A stretch of DNA of 32,000 bases. Source: an uncultured Acidobacteriota bacterium (GTDB lineage: Bacteria; Acidobacteriota; Terriglobia; Acidiferrales; UBA7541). The position numbers and the translations under genes are program-made. This document shows positions 23,798 to 32,000 of the stretch, one piece after another. The notes under the pieces are model-generated. The model saw only the letters and a program-made list of their open reading frames with translations. It was not told the origin of the DNA and made no database searches. The stretch lies in assembly GCA_963701005.1 (NCBI GenBank), contig OY969555.1:3805105-3837104 (forward strand). The letters run 5' to 3'. How positions within the stretch are numbered: the stretch's first letter is position 1; every line of letters begins with the position of its first letter.

Positions 23798-24991
23798 CTA
23801 CTTGTTCGTCAGGGCTTCGACGCCGGGGAGTTTCTCGCCGGCGAGGAATTCGAGGGACGCGCCGCCGCCGGTGGAGATGTGCGAAATTTGCGAGGCGACG
23901 CCGGCTTGCTCGACGGCGGCGACGGAATCGCCGCCGCCTACGATTGACGTGGCGCCGGCTTTTGTGGCCGCGGCGACGGCGCGGGCGATTCCGAGCGTGC
24001 CTTGCGCGAACGCGGGCTTTTCGAACATGCCGAGCGGGCCATTCCAGACGATCGTGCGCGCCTTGGAAATTTCGCGGGTGAATTCTTCGATGGTTTTGGG
24101 GCCGACGTCGAGGCCCATCCAGCCGTCGGGCGTCTGCGCGATGTCCGTTATTTTCGTCAGGGTTGAATTGGGCGATTCGGCGAGGACGTGATCAACCGGC
24201 AGAAGCAGCTTGAAATTGTGGCTCTTCGCGTCGGCGAGCAAATTTTTCGCCAGGTCGAGCTTGTCGTTTTCCACCAACGACTTCCCTACCGGCAGGCCTT
24301 GCGACTTCAGGAACGTGTAGGCCATGGCGCCGCCGATCAGCATGGCGTCCGCTAATTTCATCAGATTGTGGATCACTTCCATTTTGTCCGAGACCTTCGC
24401 GCCGCCGAGAATAGCGACGAAGGGGTGGTCGGGGTTCGTGATGGCTTTGCCGAGATAGGCGAGTTCCTTTTCCATCAGGAGGCCTGCGGCGGATTGGCGG
24501 ACGAATCTGGTGATACCAGCAACGGACGCGTGGGCGCGGTGGGCTGAGCCGAAGGCGTCGCAGACGAACATCTGATCGCAGAGTGCGGCGAGCTGGCGCG
24601 AAAATTCCAGTTCGTTGGCTTCTTCTTCCGGGTGGTATCGCACATTTTCGAGGAGCAGGACGTCGCCGTCGCGGAGCGATTTGGTTTTTGCTTCGGTTTC
24701 GGGGCCGACGCAATCGGGGGCGAAGCCGACTGGCTTGGCGAGCAGTTCGCGGAGACGCGCCGCAACCGGCGCGAGCGAATATTTTGGGTCCACTTTGCCT
24801 TTGGGGCGGCCGAGATGGGAAGCGAGCACGAGGCGGGCGCCGCGTTCGATTGCGAGGCGAAGGGTCGGGAGCGTCTCGCGGATCCGCGTGTCGTCGCCGA
24901 CGATGCCGCCGTCGAGCGGGACGTTGAAGTCCACGCGGATGAAGACTCGCTTGCCCGTCATTTGCAGATCGCGGATGGAGAGTTTGTTCAT
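23798..24991 (-). CDS. pgk: phosphoglycerate kinase
   Basis: Motifs [36 protein letters not shown] and [12 protein letters not shown] prefer the ATG at 24991 (MNKLSIRDL) over the TTG at 25003. The gene ends with TAG. Confidence 0.95.
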   Translation of the reverse strand: MNKLSIRDLQMTGKRVFIRVDFNVPLDGGIVGDDTRIRETLPTLRLAIERGARLVLASHLGRPKGKVDPKYSLAPVAARLRELLAKPVGFAPDCVGPETEAKTKSLRDGDVLLLENVRYHPEEEANELEFSRQLAALCDQMFVCDAFGSAHRAHASVAGITRFVRQSAAGLLMEKELAYLGKAITNPDHPFVAILGGAKVSDKMEVIHNLMKLADAMLIGGAMAYTFLKSQGLPVGKSLVENDKLDLAKNLLADAKSHNFKLLLPVDHVLAESPNSTLTKITDIAQTPDGWMGLDVGPKTIEEFTREISKARTIVWNGPLGMFEKPAFAQGTLGIARAVAAATKAGATSIVGGGDSVAAVEQAGVASQISHISTGGGASLEFLAGEKLPGVEALTNK

Positions 24992-25070
24992 GGGCCTGTT
25001 CAAGGCAACGCGCCGGCCTGAAGGCCGCCGCTACAAAACCTTTGAGCAATCGTGAATTCTGCGCGGATGA

Positions 25071-26075
25071 TTACAGCTTCGACGCGAAAAATTTGATCAG
25101 GTCGCGGCAGCGGCAGGAATAGCCCCACTCGTTGTCGTACCACGCGAGCACCTTCACGCAATTGCCGCCGACCACGCGCGTGTAGCCCGCATCCACGATC
25201 GAGGAGTGCGGATTGCCGCGGAAATCAATGGAGACGAGTTCCTCTTCCGTGTAATCGAGGATGCCCTTCATCGGGCCTTCGGCGGCGCGCTTTAGCGAGG
25301 CATTCACGGTTTCGACCGTCGCGGGCTTCTCCGTGAAAATTGTCAGATCCACCACGCTTACGTTGGGCGTCGGTACGCGCAATGAAAAGCCGTCGAGCTT
25401 CCCTTTCAATTCGGGGATTACCAAGTGCAGCGCTTTCGCGGCGCCGGTGGAAGTGGGAATCATGGAAAGAGCGGCGGCACGCGCGCGGCGAAGATCCTTG
25501 TGGGGCAAATCGAGCAATTTTTGATCGTTGGTGTAGGAGTGCACCGTGGTCATCGTGCCGGAAACGATTCCGAACGCCTCATGCAGGACTTTCGCAACCG
25601 GCGCGAGGCAATTCGTAGTGCACGAGGCGTTCGACACAACGTGATGCTTCGACGTGTCGTAGGTTTTGTCGTTCACGCCGAGGACCAGGGTATGGTCCGG
25701 ATCAGTGGCCGGCGCGGAGATAATCACTTTTTTCACCGGGCCGCGAATGTGCTTGCGGGCATCCGGGCCGCTGGTGAACAGGCCGGTGGATTCGACTACG
25801 ATCGTCGCGCCGACGGAGGCCCAGTCGAGTTGCGCCGGGTCCTTCACGCGAAAAACTTTGAAGCTCTTGCCGTCAACGGAGATGGTGTCGTCCGTATGCG
25901 TGACTTTATTCGGGAGGTTGCCGAGGATGGAATCGTATTTCAGCAGGTGCGCGAGAGTGAGCGAATCCGTGATGTCGTTCACGGCGACAATTTCGATTCC
26001 CGGATCGCCCAGCGCGGCGCGGAAGATGTTGCGCCCGATGCGTCCGAAGCCGTTGATACCTACTTTCACTGGCAT
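25071..26075 (-). CDS. gap: glyceraldehyde-3-phosphate dehydrogenase (type I)
   Basis: Motifs VGINGFGRIGR, SNASCTTNCLAP and WYDNEWGYS. The gene ends with TAA. Confidence 0.95.
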   Translation of the reverse strand: MPVKVGINGFGRIGRNIFRAALGDPGIEIVAVNDITDSLTLAHLLKYDSILGNLPNKVTHTDDTISVDGKSFKVFRVKDPAQLDWASVGATIVVESTGLFTSGPDARKHIRGPVKKVIISAPATDPDHTLVLGVNDKTYDTSKHHVVSNASCTTNCLAPVAKVLHEAFGIVSGTMTTVHSYTNDQKLLDLPHKDLRRARAAALSMIPTSTGAAKALHLVIPELKGKLDGFSLRVPTPNVSVVDLTIFTEKPATVETVNASLKRAAEGPMKGILDYTEEELVSIDFRGNPHSSIVDAGYTRVVGGNCVKVLAWYDNEWGYSCRCRDLIKFFASKL

Positions 26076-26181
26076 AAATCCTCCGATGATTTGCGCTGGC
26101 GACGAACCGGCAGGAAGCGACCGGCAGGCAATTTATTGTACGGGAGATGCTAGGGTGTGGCGGAAAAAAAGTCAACGAAAG

Positions 26182-27078
26182 TCAGTCGTATTCCTTCACT
26201 TTGATTACCTTGTCGCCGTTGAAGGTGACGAAAACTGTTTTCGCTGGTGGCGAGCCATAAATCCAATCCTCGGTCTGATCGCCATTTGGATCGCGCTCGC
26301 GGACTTTGTGGTCCGGGCGGCCCATGGCGGCGAGGACCATCTCATGATCCATCCCCACGACGGCGAGGCGATCCTTGATCGCCTGCTTGAATTGCGGTGG
26401 CAACGTGTCAATCCAATTTACCGCGGCGGAATGCTCCTTTGAGAAATCGAGAAATGGTCCGAGATCGTGCATCAGGTCTTCGGCGCTCATATCGGGAATG
26501 GGGCGGCCGTAGTCGAGAACGATCGTTGAGCCGACCACGTCAATTGAGCCCGGGTCAGGGGGCGGGCTGGCGCTGGAGGTGGTGGAGACAGGCCCCCCCG
26601 CGCCGATCTGCAAGTGGTCGCGCCAGCGGTACTTTTTCTTTCCGCCGCCGTTCACTTGGATGACGATGTCGCGGGCACGAAATTCGAGGGCGGTGATTTG
26701 GACCGTATCGCCGGGGTTCGCGGCAATACCACCGGCCCGCAGGGCCTGCTGCAATTCCTTGTCAACGACCGGCTTGCCAACCTCGACCTTGAAGCCCTTC
26801 CGGCCGCCCGGGAGCGGCTTCACGACTTTCACATATTCGCCGGAAACGTAGCGGATGATTTCGAGGCGCGATTGGGGTTTCAAGTCCGCGGGCTGATTGG
26901 ACGGGTGCTGCGCCACAGCCATGAAGATGTCGGGCATCGTACCGGGGACGGATAGGGGGCGCAAATCGGGCGCGCCGAGCAAGGGCATGCGGAAATGGGT
27001 AACGTCCGGCGTATCCGCGCTGAGTGCCAGCGCGAAAGCCAGGGCAAAGGCTAGAACGAGCGTGGTACGGGAGAACAT
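26182..27078 (-). CDS. exported hypothetical protein
   Basis: Signal peptide MFSRTTLVLAFALAFALALSA. The C-terminal segment VVGMDHEMVLAAMGRPDHKVRE..WIYG is reminiscent of SmpA/OmlA-like small beta domains. That similarity is tentative. Confidence 0.6.
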   Translation of the reverse strand: MFSRTTLVLAFALAFALALSADTPDVTHFRMPLLGAPDLRPLSVPGTMPDIFMAVAQHPSNQPADLKPQSRLEIIRYVSGEYVKVVKPLPGGRKGFKVEVGKPVVDKELQQALRAGGIAANPGDTVQITALEFRARDIVIQVNGGGKKKYRWRDHLQIGAGGPVSTTSSASPPPDPGSIDVVGSTIVLDYGRPIPDMSAEDLMHDLGPFLDFSKEHSAAVNWIDTLPPQFKQAIKDRLAVVGMDHEMVLAAMGRPDHKVRERDPNGDQTEDWIYGSPPAKTVFVTFNGDKVIKVKEYD

Positions 27079-27228
27079 GGCCAGGTCGCAGCCCCTATAT
27101 TATTGCTTTTTGGCTTCCAGGTGAATATGGATTCGCGGGAGGGCCGGGAGGTTTCCTCGGGTTTTGGGCGACCGCCAGCCGGGGGGATTTAGGCAGGCGC
27201 GGGGGCGGGGGCGAGAAATTGCGAGCCG

Positions 27229-27858
27229 TCAGCTCGTGGCAGCGCGAACCTTTGCAGAGGAATCTGCTTTCCCTTTTTCCTCTTCGATTTTTTGGTGCGC
27301 GAGCTGCGGCTCAAAGCAGCGCCGGCAGCGCGCTTCGTACATGCCGCCCGCGCCGACGACGATCAGATCTTCCGACGCGACGGTGCGCTGCGTGTGCACC
27401 GCGGGATTTCCGCAGCGGACGCAGATCGCGAGCAGCTTGGTAATTTCCTCGGCAACGGCCAGCAAACGCGGAATCGGTTCGAAGGGGCGGCCCATGAAAT
27501 CGGTGTCGAGGCCGGCGACGATGACGCGCTTCCCGAGGTCCGCCAGCTTCACGCAGGCATCCACAACCGAGTCGCCGAGGAATTGCGCTTCGTCGATCCC
27601 CACGACTTCCGTACGCGGGGCGACCTTCAGCAACACGTCGCTGCCGCTCTCGACCAACTCCGAGCCGATTTCCAGGCCGGAGTGCGAGACGATGCCGTTT
27701 TTGGCGTAGCGCTGGTCAATCACCGGCTTGAAAATCTGCACACGCTGCTTGCCGATTTCCGCGCGGCGCAAACGCCGGATCAGCTCTTCGCTCTTGCCCG
27801 AAAACATCGGGCCCACGACCACTTCGATCCAGCCCATGTTTCCCTTGACGATGTCCAC
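27229..27858 (-). CDS. tdk: thymidine kinase
   Basis: P-loop GPMFSGKSEELI, the motif VVGIDEAQF, and a C-terminal zinc motif CVRCGNPA...ARCRRC. GTG start at 27858 with a GAGGAGG SD upstream, and an alternative ATG at 27837. The gene ends with TGA. Confidence 0.9.
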   Translation of the reverse strand: MDIVKGNMGWIEVVVGPMFSGKSEELIRRLRRAEIGKQRVQIFKPVIDQRYAKNGIVSHSGLEIGSELVESGSDVLLKVAPRTEVVGIDEAQFLGDSVVDACVKLADLGKRVIVAGLDTDFMGRPFEPIPRLLAVAEEITKLLAICVRCGNPAVHTQRTVASEDLIVVGAGGMYEARCRRCFEPQLAHQKIEEEKGKADSSAKVRAATS

Positions 27859-27905
27859 GCTTCTCAGCCTCCTCTGGTCAGGCTAGCACATTGCGCTGTG
27901 GAAAT

Positions 27906-28508
27906 TCAGGCGCCTGCTTTGGCGCTGCGGCCCAAATAAATCTCACGATTGAAAAGCGGCGAGAGCGCGTTGACCACGGCCATGCGGAAAGCATCCTGGC
28001 GCGTGATGAGATTGCGCGTTAGGACGCCCCACGCGCCTTGCGCGTCGCGAATGCCGTGGCCGCCGGCGAATGCGTCGATCGCTTCGGACAATTCGATGCC
28101 CTCATCCACGACACGCCTGGCGAGCGGCTCCGGAACCAGGATGCTGCCCGACTGGCCGAAGGCGCTGCGGCCGCTCGAATCCGCCACGTAGGCCCAGCTT
28201 TCAAGAAAAACCCAGCGCGTGCCGTTGTCCGCCACCACATCCAGCCCGCCTTCGAGCCCAGCAAAATATTTCCAGGGCTCGTGCTTCTCGCGCGCGATTC
28301 GGATGAGCGCCTCGGCACGCTGCCGCGCTCCCGCCATCATTGCAGCGCGCGAAAGAGGTGTGTGGCTGACTCCGCTGGGAACTTCGACGCCCACGATTTC
28401 AAATTTCACTTTGCCGCCAAGGTCCAGATGGAATATGTCCAGCGCCTCCCTTACGGCATTCAGCTTTGGCCGGCGCGTGCTGCCGACGGCGATGAGGATT
28501 TTTTCCAT
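27906..28508 (-). CDS. inosine/xanthosine triphosphatase-like NTPase (YjjX/DUF84 family)
   Basis: The N-terminal KILIAVGSTRRPKLNAVREAL, overall length and G.EGG motif (FAGLEGGL) resemble the YjjX family. Confidence 0.65.
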   Translation of the reverse strand: MEKILIAVGSTRRPKLNAVREALDIFHLDLGGKVKFEIVGVEVPSGVSHTPLSRAAMMAGARQRAEALIRIAREKHEPWKYFAGLEGGLDVVADNGTRWVFLESWAYVADSSGRSAFGQSGSILVPEPLARRVVDEGIELSEAIDAFAGGHGIRDAQGAWGVLTRNLITRQDAFRMAVVNALSPLFNREIYLGRSAKAGA

Positions 28509-28520
28509 GCGGCGGGGATT

Positions 28521-29015
28521 CTATCCTTCTTTCCAGAGCTGAGTCTGCTTTTCGCGGGCAAAACGCGCGGAGAGGAACTCCTTCAGCGATTCGATGGAGG
28601 AGAAAACGTGGTCGGAACAGCCGAGCATCCATCCGCTCACTTTTTCGACGGGCAGCGGCGTGACGAGATACACAGGAATGCCTTTGCGATGCGCGATAGT
28701 TAATTCCGCGGGCGTTCCGCCGCTCTGGCCTGCCGCCGCGTCCCAGTGGCAGACGACGTAGTCCGCTTTATTTTCGATCAAGTCGAGATCGAAGGCGATA
28801 ATTTTGCGCACCACGCGGCGAAAGCGCTCGAGATCCGTAGTTTTCCATTCGCGGAAATGCGCGGCCTCTTCGGCGGTCAGATTTTTCCGCTCGTCTTCGG
28901 CCGGATCATAGACGCGATGGCCGAGCTGGTCGCGCAGGTAGGGGCTCAGCTTGAGCCGCCAAAGCTTTCCGCCGTCTTCCGCAAATTCGATGGGACCACA
29001 GAGATAGGCGAGCAT
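28521..29015 (-). CDS. nucleoside 2-deoxyribosyltransferase-like protein
   Basis: The N-terminal MLAYLCGPIEF and the later GTPAELTIAHRKGIPVYLV fit the Rossmann-like NDT-family pattern. The assignment is tentative. Confidence 0.45.
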   Translation of the reverse strand: MLAYLCGPIEFAEDGGKLWRLKLSPYLRDQLGHRVYDPAEDERKNLTAEEAAHFREWKTTDLERFRRVVRKIIAFDLDLIENKADYVVCHWDAAAGQSGGTPAELTIAHRKGIPVYLVTPLPVEKVSGWMLGCSDHVFSSIESLKEFLSARFAREKQTQLWKEG

Positions 29016-29085
29016 ATGGGTTGGGTGGAGGAGACTCTACCACGGCGCGGGAGAACTGGCCAGACTCGTCAGCAGCGAAAAAAAC

Positions 29086-29159
29086 TGGAGCGGGATAAGA
29101 GAATCGAACTCTCGCCTCCACCTTGGCAAGGTGGCGTACTACCACTATACGAATCCCGC
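29086..29159 (-). tRNA. tRNA-Gly (anticodon GCC), CCA encoded
   Basis: The minus strand reads GCGGGAU UC GUA UAGUGGUAG UAC G CCACC UUGCCAA GGUGG AGGC GAGAG UUCGAUU CUCUU AUCCCGC U CCA. I folded the cloverleaf by hand. The acceptor, anticodon and T stems all pair. Confidence 0.9.
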
Positions 29160-29303
29160 TGCGAAGCACACTTCGCAACTGCAATTAATTTATAGCACGC
29201 CGCCCACACACGGACAAGACCCGGCGCGAAGTGCCGTTTCGGGAATGATTTGTGGGTGCTGCGGCGTTGCACGCATTCGCAAAGCGCGAGCCAGATGGAC
29301 CGG

Positions 29304-29516
29304 CTAGTCCACTTCCATGATTCGCGTGGCCTTCACCACCGGCGATTTCTTCTGGCGTTCGGCGAACCTCGAGGCGCGCTCGCGGTCGATGTAGACACGG
29401 GCAAACTTCTCGCCGTCGTGGTAGTACACGGTCACCTGCCAGTGACGGTGCTTCCGCCGACGGTCGCGGTGCATGCGATTGGTTCTTTTTTTCATTTTGG
29501 GCTTGGTCTTTTTCAC
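29304..29516 (-). CDS. small highly basic hypothetical protein
   Basis: 70 aa with a Lys/Arg-rich N-terminus (MKKTKPKMKKRTNRMHRDRRRKHRH) and then a compact domain. No family recognised. Confidence 0.45.
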   Translation of the reverse strand: MKKTKPKMKKRTNRMHRDRRRKHRHWQVTVYYHDGEKFARVYIDRERASRFAERQKKSPVVKATRIMEVD

Positions 29517-29779
29517 GTGGCGGTCCTCTAATGCATTCGACTATGGCAAGTTCCGAGTGGACGCGCAAGTAGCAAGTTAGGGGTTAACGTTCTATAAAAG
29601 GCCCGTGAAATCTGAGACTTCCCGGCCATAAAAGATCAATGATTTCCGAGACCTTCGGCCACCTGGGGCATCTAAGACATGTGGGCGTTTGCACCTGCGA
29701 AACAGGGCCAACGGGGAACTTTTTCGGGGTGCGCCGCGTAGTAGGATGTGAGCGGGAATTATAACCAACGGGGGGAACC

Positions 29780-30028
29780 ATGGTGTTGCATACGGGAAGC
29801 GCAATACAAGTAGAAGACCTGAGAAATCATCCGCAGGAAGCGGTGGAATCGCTGAAGAAACTGCTTTCCGGCGGCGCCAAAGTCAACGCAGACCCCAAAC
29901 GGCTCGGTTTCTATGAAGTCGAGAGCGGCTCGCTCGTTTATTACATCTATGCGCCACCTTCCACCGAAAAAATCATACTCTTGGCCACCTGGCCCAATGA
30001 ATCCACGCTGGCGGCGTGTTGCGCCTGA
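29780..30028 (+). CDS. hypothetical small protein
   Basis: 82 aa with a GGGGGAA sequence upstream of the ATG. It is the only plus-strand gene in the core part of the window. Confidence 0.45.
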   Translation: MVLHTGSAIQVEDLRNHPQEAVESLKKLLSGGAKVNADPKRLGFYEVESGSLVYYIYAPPSTEKIILLATWPNESTLAACCA

Positions 30029-30058
30029 GTGTAGTTGCGCCCGTTGGCTGTTAACCCG

Positions 30059-31411
30059 TTAAAAAGCAAAATCTGCGGGCTTGAAATTCAAGTCCTCGGC
30101 GATGTGTTTCTTGAGTTTGAAGACGGTCGTACGGTCGCTCGAGCGGGCGTAGACAAAATCGCCCGCTTCCTTCGATACCTGCACCGTAATTTTCTTGCCG
30201 TCTTTCGAGGTAAGAATCGCTTCGATCTCAGGCTTGGCCAGCTTGGCGAGAATGTCGGGAGAAGGATGGTCAAGGGCTTCGTCGGCACGCGCCGTTACTA
30301 ATGGGCTGAAAATTTTCCAGGCAGCGCCGGATTTTCCTTTCAGATCTGCGGGCGCCTCGATGGCCCATTGCTCATCTTTGTCCGGCGTCCGGCTGGCGAT
30401 CATCGTGCCATTCGCGTTGTGGATCTCCACGCGCGTCACCTCGGTGGGATCGAAGTGAGCCAGGGCCTTGTCGCGCAGGGCGGCGTAATTTTCCGCGAGT
30501 TTCTTGTAGAGGTCTTCGGTGATGTGGAAAATCACGGGCCGTGAGGCATTGCGCGCGAAATAATCGCTGCTTTCCTTTTTTCCCACGAGCAGGGTGAAAG
30601 TTCCTCCCTTCCCGTCCACAGCGTTGAAAGTGATCGCGGGATTTGCGAGCCCGTATTTCGCGAGATTCTCCGGGGTTTCGCTCGCAATCACGGCCCACTT
30701 CGCATTCGCAACGGCGCTCAATAGCGCATTGATGTCGGTCGTGTCCCCCATTTGGCCGGCCGGCTTCGAAAATATCCAGGTGTTCTTTTCCTTGCTCGCC
30801 GCCAATTCGCCGGAGGAATTTTTCAGGTCGAACGAAGCAACGTCCGCGGCGGTGATCGGAAGCACGGCGTGGTCGCGGAAATCCGTAAAATTCAGATTCG
30901 TATTGACGATCAGTGAGCTCGGCACCAGGGTCACATCTTTCGCGTCATCCAAAATCGCATAGGCCAAAGCGCCGGTGAATTCCTTGTTGCCGAGGTTCAG
31001 CGAATGCTTCGTTCCGTTCTGAAGCTGAAATTGCACCAGGACCGTGGGCGGATCGAGGCCGTACACTTTCAAGCGGTCGGGAGTGCCGGGCTCGGTTAGC
31101 GTATAGCGCGCGCTGGCAAGGCCGCTGGTGATCTGCTCTGCAATACGCTGGTTGGCGTCCGTTTGCATCGGCTGAAGGATTTGCCAGAGGCTGCCGTGCT
31201 TCTCCAAGTGGACCGTGGGCAGTTCCGGTGCGTTCGGCCGGGAAACCGTGATGGAGGTGATGTCGCCTGCCGCAGGAATCGCGAAAGCCGGCTTGCTGGT
31301 GTCCGTGACGCCGATCTGATCCTTTTGGCCGCGCTTCCAATCGAAATAATAAACTGCCGCGCCCAAAGCGATGGCGCCAAGTAGAACGAACAATGTGGTT
31401 TTCTTGATCAT
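30059..31411 (-). CDS. DUF4340 domain protein
   Basis: It has an N-terminal anchor (MIKKTTLFVLLGAIALGAAVYYF), a length of about 450 aa, and a position immediately downstream of a GldG-like gene. This is the usual DUF4340 context as I recall it. Confidence 0.6.
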   Translation of the reverse strand: MIKKTTLFVLLGAIALGAAVYYFDWKRGQKDQIGVTDTSKPAFAIPAAGDITSITVSRPNAPELPTVHLEKHGSLWQILQPMQTDANQRIAEQITSGLASARYTLTEPGTPDRLKVYGLDPPTVLVQFQLQNGTKHSLNLGNKEFTGALAYAILDDAKDVTLVPSSLIVNTNLNFTDFRDHAVLPITAADVASFDLKNSSGELAASKEKNTWIFSKPAGQMGDTTDINALLSAVANAKWAVIASETPENLAKYGLANPAITFNAVDGKGGTFTLLVGKKESSDYFARNASRPVIFHITEDLYKKLAENYAALRDKALAHFDPTEVTRVEIHNANGTMIASRTPDKDEQWAIEAPADLKGKSGAAWKIFSPLVTARADEALDHPSPDILAKLAKPEIEAILTSKDGKKITVQVSKEAGDFVYARSSDRTTVFKLKKHIAEDLNFKPADFAF

Positions 31412-31444
31412 GATTTCATTGCCGGAGTCTTAATTTGACGCCGC

Positions 31445-32000
31445 TCAGCGCCGCTTCCACCAGATGTATGCCCCCGAGAGAAACACCAGGCCAGGAAGAA
31501 TGAAGAGCGCGAACCACTGGAAGCCGACTCCTTGCGCGTGGGTCAGCGGCACGCGGCGGTTCGTTGGCGACTTCGGCCGGATGGAAATCAGGTTTTCATC
31601 CTGTGCCAACCAGTTGACGGCGTTGAAGAAGAGGTCGCCATTGCGCTGCTGCCCGATCCACTGGTTGGTGGCAAATGCAGAATTTCCAATCACAACCAGC
31701 CGAGCGCTTGCGTCGCCGCTCTTTTTGCTGGCGGCCACGCCGATGGAGAGCGGCCCCGCAGTGTCCGTCTTCGGATCGTAACTGATCTCGGTCTGCCCTT
31801 TTTTCAGGCCGGGGATGGTGAAACTTCGCGGCGAAGTTTTGAGCAATTCCACGGATTCCGGAGTTGTCTTGCCGCGGTTGGCAATTCCGACGGTGCGCGC
31901 GTTGGGAAAAAGGGTCATGGTGCGGCCAAAATCCTTCGTGATTGGGCTTGTGCCGTAATCCAATACGATTGGATACGTCGGACCGGTTTGGAAGTAGCGC
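31445..32000 (-). CDS. GldG-like ABC-transport-system auxiliary protein, C-terminal part (gene continues past the right edge)
   Basis: The frame stays open upstream of the listed TTG start all the way to position 32000. The C-terminus reads ARLVVIGNSAFATNQWIGQQRNGDLFFNAVNWLAQDENLISIRPK and ends in a TM anchor (FALFILPGLVFLSGAYIWW), which is typical of GldG-family proteins. Confidence 0.65.
   Translation of the reverse strand, partial: RYFQTGPTYPIVLDYGTSPITKDFGRTMTLFPNARTVGIANRGKTTPESVELLKTSPRSFTIPGLKKGQTEISYDPKTDTAGPLSIGVAASKKSGDASARLVVIGNSAFATNQWIGQQRNGDLFFNAVNWLAQDENLISIRPKSPTNRRVPLTHAQGVGFQWFALFILPGLVFLSGAYIWWKRR

Noticed and set aside
23090-25055. Many 100-290-aa ORFs in other frames and on the opposite strand of tpiA and pgk.
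   Set aside because: These are typical high-GC shadow ORFs, Arg/Ala/Gly-rich and without motifs. tpiA and pgk are unambiguous.
25261-26442. Plus-strand ORFs of 242 and 258 aa antisense to gap and the adjacent exported-protein gene.
   Set aside because: They are antisense shadows of well-supported genes in GC-rich DNA.
27137-27212. G-run cluster (GGGAGGGCCGGGAGG ... GGGGGCGGGGGCG) with G-quadruplex potential, between tdk and the exported-protein gene.
   Set aside because: Such G-runs are expected by chance in intergenic DNA above 60% GC, and there is no supporting context.
29086-29159. tRNA-Gly as the integration site of the low-GC island.
   Set aside because: The tRNA lies about 6.6 kb inside high-GC core DNA, separated from the compositional boundary by secG, tpiA, pgk, gap and other core genes.
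1-32000. Alternative genetic code (TGA or TAG reassigned) as the explanation for the in-frame stops.
   Set aside because: Conserved core genes terminate at their expected ends with TAG (tpiA, pgk, secG) and TGA (tdk). Both stop types are interrupted, which no single known reassignment explains.
1-32000. CRISPR arrays, long tandem repeats, IS elements, rRNA.
   Set aside because: I noticed no regularly spaced direct repeats, terminal inverted repeats with a transposase, or rRNA-like sequence when reading the intergenic regions. This was visual inspection only, so short or degenerate repeats could have been missed.

Overview
The window has two parts. Positions 1 to about 22.4 kb are a lower-GC accessory region (roughly 50% GC by eye). 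It holds about 40 short genes on both strands, most of them uncharacterised. They include nuclease-type and nucleic-acid-binding proteins: HEPN-like, DEDDh exonuclease, Schlafen/AlbA_2-like, DUF429-like, HhH-GPD glycosylase-like, T5orf172/GIY-YIG-like, a single-HKD PLD-like protein, DUF2130-like and DUF72. There are also small regulators (DksA/TraR, XRE, wHTH, PilZ-like), several small zinc-ribbon proteins, and a five-gene cluster of exported, partly cysteine-dense proteins. I saw no integrase, transposase, CRISPR array or rRNA. Positions about 22.4 to 32 kb are high-GC core genome (over 60% GC by eye), almost all on the minus strand: secG-tpiA-pgk-gap, an exported protein, a nucleoside-salvage trio (tdk, ITPase/XTPase-like, deoxyribosyltransferase-like), tRNA-Gly(GCC), and a DUF4340 plus GldG-like pair that runs off the right edge. 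The best candidates for undescribed systems are: (i) divergent gene sets sharing a 108-bp region at 9.6-14.2 kb, AlbA_2-like/DUF429-like/HhH-GPD on the minus strand and T5orf172/HKD-variant PLD/Zn-ribbon on the plus strand; (ii) a DUF2130-like cluster with tandem small CxxH/CxxC paralogs at 17.8-20.8 kb; (iii) a HEPN-like plus exonuclease pair at the left edge. Separately, up to five plus-strand island genes carry a single in-frame TAG or TGA. The clearest case is DUF72, where the TAG sits where the family is expected to have Trp. Core genes use TAG and TGA as ordinary stops. All family names come from motif recognition by eye, and no searches were run. The protein style is reminiscent of Acidobacteriota, but that is only an impression.
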